Shown here one piece after another: positions 7,596 through 11,219 of a stretch of DNA of 11,219 nt. Origin of the DNA: Amoeboradix gromovi X-113 (taxonomy: Eukaryota > Fungi > Sanchytriomycota); NCBI GenBank assembly GCA_018985225.1, contig JADGIF010000311.1:1-11219 (forward strand), written 5' to 3'. The notes below the pieces were generated by a model, which saw only the letters and a program-made list of their open reading frames with translations, had not been told where the DNA came from and did not search any database. Position numbers and translations under genes: made by a program. The stretch's first letter is position 1. Every line of letters starts with the position of its first letter.

Positions 7596-7811
7596 ATGTC
7601 TGAACTCAAGTTGAAGAAATTACAAGAATATAACACACGCTTGCGCGAGCAGCTAGACATGCCACGCGTGCCTGTCAGCGAGGCAAGTCAAGGGCTAATC
7701 AAATTCGTAAAAGCAACCAAAGACTGTTTGGTTCCAAGTGTTTGGGGTCCAGTACCAAAAGGCGAAGACCCGTATGGAAAAAACCATGGGGATGGATGCT
7801 GTGGTTGGTAA
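7596..7811 (+). CDS. Heterotrimeric G-protein gamma subunit (fungal Ste18/GpgA type)
   Basis: [60 protein letters not shown]...GCC matches the fungal G-gamma pattern. The extreme C-terminus (CCGW) is atypical. Confidence 0.9.
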   Translation: MSELKLKKLQEYNTRLREQLDMPRVPVSEASQGLIKFVKATKDCLVPSVWGPVPKGEDPYGKNHGDGCCGW

Positions 7812-8611
7812 TAAATATCTTGTAGCTTTGTTTTTCTACTTTTCTTTCCAATACCAAAAGAATAAAACAAAATGAATAAATTATTTGTATCTTATACTGA
7901 ACTTATCAATCTTTTCGATTAATTTGCTCTGAGCAAGTCGGTTTAGCTCCATTTGGTCTACCAGCTGATACTAACAAAATATAGGCAAATGTCTAATGCA
8001 ATGGTCAATAATTATATATCTAGCCCATGCATTTTTATCTTACAATATAAACCTGCTTAACATTCTTTTTTGTAGTCGTGTATGGTCTGCTATAAATCGT
8101 AGATTATATGCTATCGTGTTCAAAATAACGATATACTCATTTACATATGGGACACACGCTACGATAAACAGATAGAATTCAAATTTCCAAAATTTAATTT
8201 TTTGGTTTTTCTAAATCAGAATTCTGCAGAGAGTTCAAAAATGATAGTCACTAAGCTGTAGCATCAATATTCGCCGAGATATAGGGCGTTAAAGTTTTTC
8301 AATGAAATACGCTACAATAACTAGATATATTTCAAATTTTAAAAATTTACTAAGATTCTTCGCTATAAATTGCTTTAATCAATCGACCTACATTTAGCAA
8401 CCCGCAGCATGTAGTAAAGTTGTCATTGGAATCTGAAAACCCAGCATCAAAGAGACTAGAATGGTGATCGAAAGACACGAGTCGCTGTCTAATATTCCAG
8501 AACCATCCCTTTCTTGCCTTGTCTTGATAAATATCCACTCGTGATTAATTCGGCGAAGTTGGAGCAAATAAACAACAAAATAAAGCCACAGTAAATTTGT
8601 AGCAAATGAGG

Positions 8612-10219
8612 TTATTTCAGGTTGTAAATCGAGTAAATATCCATCATTGTTAAAAATGATTTTTGCAAAGAATCATTTTTAGGCACATAGAATAGCTTCT
8701 TAATCTTGGATCTTGGTTGTGCTGGTGAAACATATACAAATTCCACAAACCTATTAGGTAAAATCTGTTTTAACCGATCTGCCAAACTTAACCCATTAAA
8801 TTCATCAGATTCTTGAGTATGCAAATCCTGCACATCACAGCCATTTCTGTGATTATCATAACTGGAAATGGACATTTGAAAAACAAGTATTCTCTCACTG
8901 TTAAACCACAAGAAATCTGAAAGCATACTGTTGTTGTACATGTAAATTATCTGATCTGGATAATTGATAATTGTATCTAAATCTTTTCTAGTTTTCAAAT
9001 GAATTATCCCATTCCATGATACAGTAAAGTTATCAAATTTAACCAAATATTTATTATCTACTTTAAAACTCTTTCGACCTTGTCTTGCTGCTGAATGCAA
9101 CTCTAGACTTTGATTTGTTTCTGCATCTACAAGAAATGCTTGCTCCAGTACAAATCCCATTACTCTACCATTATTGGATAATCCACAGGACTCGCAGCAT
9201 TCAATCAAAAGTTTTATGGTATTTTCATCCCTGTACAAGGATCGAATGGCATTTTCATATTCAGGATGTAAATATTTCCCATTTGTATCAACAAGTCCAG
9301 CGTGTTCAAGGTATTCTGAGTAGGATACCTGAGGATCAAAAGAAGACAAGAGAACTCTAGATAGAATGGATTTGGTAGTTGTGGTGCTTAAATCTTTAAT
9401 TCTGTCTAAAAAGTGATATACAGAAGTCCTGCAATGATTCTGAATCGCTTTGTCGACCTGTTCTTTTGACTGCAAAACAATAGCTGTATTAATAAATCGT
9501 AGAATCCCACCAGTCATGTCAAATAATTCTTGCATTGTAAATTTGGATTTTGTAAGAGGTTTAATAGATTTCTTCATTTTATCTAATTTTAATGGGTTCA
9601 TACCAACCACCATGTAATCAACTTTGGCATTGGAATTTGCCATTTTGTAGATTTCTTCAAACCGTCTTTCTGATCTAATTGGATCCCAACTACCACTACC
9701 AGCAACCACATAGAGTACTTCTACACTAGATCGTGGTTCTGGAATTGTGTAAAATGGATGATCTTTAGGAAGCAAATCCCATCGATCCACAAAAATAATG
9801 ATTGGAATAATTGCACGTAATGTGGCACACGATTCATAAGCAGCAAATACATCATCACCAATAAGGTCATTATAAGCTTTTAAATACAATTTTTTTCTTG
9901 TTGGAAGTGGTTCAACAGGCACATCATCAATGATCTTCTTTACTGCTAAAATCGTCGCAGATTGAGATTCTAAATTTTTCATCCATTGCACATTATCATT
10001 TTTGCCAGAATAATAAACGACTAAACACTCGTTTCTTTTAATGTACTCATCTGCCAACAAACTCAAAGTTGTGCTTTTACCCACTCCCCAACTACCTTTC
10101 AACATGACTGGATATAAATAGCTATTGGAATTCTCTGTATATGCAGTCAAGAAGTCAGTGATACGATCTCTGGCTTTGGTGGCAATAAGATCATTCGAAA
10201 GATGCAAGTTCAAATTCAT
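8612..10219 (-). CDS. Crinkler/RHS-type protein: P-loop NTPase + C-terminal REase (PD-(D/E)XK-fold) nuclease
   Basis: Walker A GSWGVGKST, Walker B IIIFVD and a TGGILR motif, followed by GFVLEQ...SDFLWF...LVFQMSISSYDNH (E-D-QxS-H pattern of CRN-associated REases). Intact 535-aa frame from ATG 10219; start uncertain. Confidence 0.7.
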   Translation of the reverse strand: MNLNLHLSNDLIATKARDRITDFLTAYTENSNSYLYPVMLKGSWGVGKSTTLSLLADEYIKRNECLVVYYSGKNDNVQWMKNLESQSATILAVKKIIDDVPVEPLPTRKKLYLKAYNDLIGDDVFAAYESCATLRAIIPIIIFVDRWDLLPKDHPFYTIPEPRSSVEVLYVVAGSGSWDPIRSERRFEEIYKMANSNAKVDYMVVGMNPLKLDKMKKSIKPLTKSKFTMQELFDMTGGILRFINTAIVLQSKEQVDKAIQNHCRTSVYHFLDRIKDLSTTTTKSILSRVLLSSFDPQVSYSEYLEHAGLVDTNGKYLHPEYENAIRSLYRDENTIKLLIECCESCGLSNNGRVMGFVLEQAFLVDAETNQSLELHSAARQGRKSFKVDNKYLVKFDNFTVSWNGIIHLKTRKDLDTIINYPDQIIYMYNNSMLSDFLWFNSERILVFQMSISSYDNHRNGCDVQDLHTQESDEFNGLSLADRLKQILPNRFVEFVYVSPAQPRSKIKKLFYVPKNDSLQKSFLTMMDIYSIYNLK

Positions 10220-10418
10220 TCTAAACAAGGATAGCACTAAAAATTGAATTGAATTGAAATTTACTAATTAAAGAAGGGAAAAGAGTAGGTCTAGCAAGAG
10301 TTTTTCATCCGCCGGAGTAAACTTTGAACCTGTATAATAAATAAATAACTTTTCCTTTTAGAAAAATTGAATTTATTTGTAGACGGATTTTACCGGATCA
10401 AACACAACTAATTTCTGG

Positions 10419-11098
10419 ATGACGATTTTTGAATTATTTGGTGAGAGAACAAACTTGGAAGAATACAGCGATGAAATAGATAATATCTGCGCACATACAG
10501 TTGGGAAAGGGACTCGATATCAATATATTCAAAAAATTTGCAATTTTTTGATTTGGCTTTTGCAATACCAGCATAATACAGTTGAAGGTACGTTGAGAGA
10601 GGCCTTTTTTAATAGATTCAATCAACCACTCAATACTCCAGCTAATGCTACAGCAGAACAAATAGAAGAAGCACAAAAAGAAATGAGAGATGATATGGTC
10701 ATATATCTACGAGATTGACTTAATGATACAACCCACGTTGCTCCTGTTACTTATGATCAACTTGATATTGATTTATATCTAGCATACCTTGTATCATTAA
10801 AAGTACCTTATCAAGCAACTGGTGAATTGGAATTTAATACATCCCCTAGTGGGCATCGGTCTGCAATACGTTATATGTACACTATGTATGGAGAGACTAT
10901 GCCAGCATTATTTGTGGATCAGATTTCGGAGAGTTTTTCAGGTTTAAACGATTGACTGCAGAACAAGTTGGAAATGGAAATGGAAAAATAACAGTTGGAA
11001 AAGTACCATTTGAGTTTAGTTTATATTGTTTACTAAGTGATAAATTGATTAAATCAACAAACTCTGAACATATATTTGCACATACATTTTTGGTTATT
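10419..11098 (+). pseudogene. Crypton-like tyrosine recombinase transposon, N-terminal half, inactivated
   Basis: Reading through TGA (10716-10718) and a 1-nt frameshift (A-run 10946-10948) gives TRYQYIQKICNFLIWL...LYLAYL...SGHRSAIRYMYTMYG...FSGLKRLTAEQVGNGNGKITVGKVPFEFSLYCLL...IFAHTFLVI. This is the core-binding domain plus the start of the catalytic domain of Crypton-type recombinases. Confidence 0.72.
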
Positions 11099-11183
11099 TG
11101 GGACACACTCTGTAGAAAGTAGGCTTTGGATAAAAAGCGAGTGACGAGATTTACCCAGTTGAACTTTTCACAGTAGTGTCCCA
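11099..11183. mobile_element. 85-bp MITE-like insertion with TG...CA termini and TATT target-site duplication
   Basis: Left end TGGGACACACTCTGTAGAAAGT vs reverse complement of right end TGGGACACTACTGTGAAAAGT (8 bp perfect, ~21 bp imperfect). TATT is present at both 11095-11098 and 11184-11187. Confidence 0.7.
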
Positions 11184-11219
11184 TATTTCTTCACCTAGGC
11201 AATAGGCGAAACTACTTTA

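Noticed and set aside
730-7811. 7TM-RGS and G-gamma as a G-protein signalling cluster
   Set aside because: They are separated by three unrelated genes, and proximity in a compact genome is plausibly chance.
984-11184. Short overlapping ORFs (984-1262, 2414-2596, 2564-2905, 3143-3370, 3336-3536, 3462-3644, 4990-5379, 5827-6045, 7688-7870, 8350-8538, 9085-9360, 10434-10676, 10897-11184)
   Set aside because: Antisense or off-frame shadows of better-supported genes, or motif-less short frames.
1-11219. Alternative genetic code (TAA/TAG read as Gln, as in some aphelids), suggested by a few intergenic frames with only TAR stops
   Set aside because: The four long genes (about 330-680 codons) contain no in-frame TAA/TAG despite the AT richness, and several end at TAA/TAG at sensible positions.

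Overview
AT-rich, gene-dense eukaryotic DNA, most likely from an early-diverging fungus (fungal-type G-gamma, Crinkler-like gene, standard genetic code, and a 19-nt spliceosomal intron). Host genes: a 7TM-RGS receptor-like protein (730-1956), PXMP4 (2541-3045, one 19-nt intron), UTP17/WDR75 (3224-5269), a secreted orphan protein (6273-7265), a G-protein gamma subunit (7596-7811) and a Crinkler-type P-loop NTPase + REase protein (8612-10219, minus). The intergenic spacers are filled with transposon debris that the ORF track misses. The main signal is at least three (possibly four) related copies of the 3' end of a Fanzor/TnpB RNA-guided nuclease element, at about 235-644 (+), 2006-2230 (+), 5438-5790 (-) and possibly 5793-5884 (-). 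In the three clear copies a broken zinc-finger/RuvC-III coding tail is followed by a conserved, structured ~95-110 nt non-coding segment (candidate omegaRNA scaffold). In two copies this segment ends at TTAAYGAGG and is followed by unrelated flanks (candidate guides). Also present: a degraded pogo-like DDE remnant, a Crypton-like tyrosine recombinase pseudogene, and an 85-bp TG...CA MITE with a 4-bp TSD inserted in it. All homology calls come from motif recognition and by-eye alignment, not database searches.
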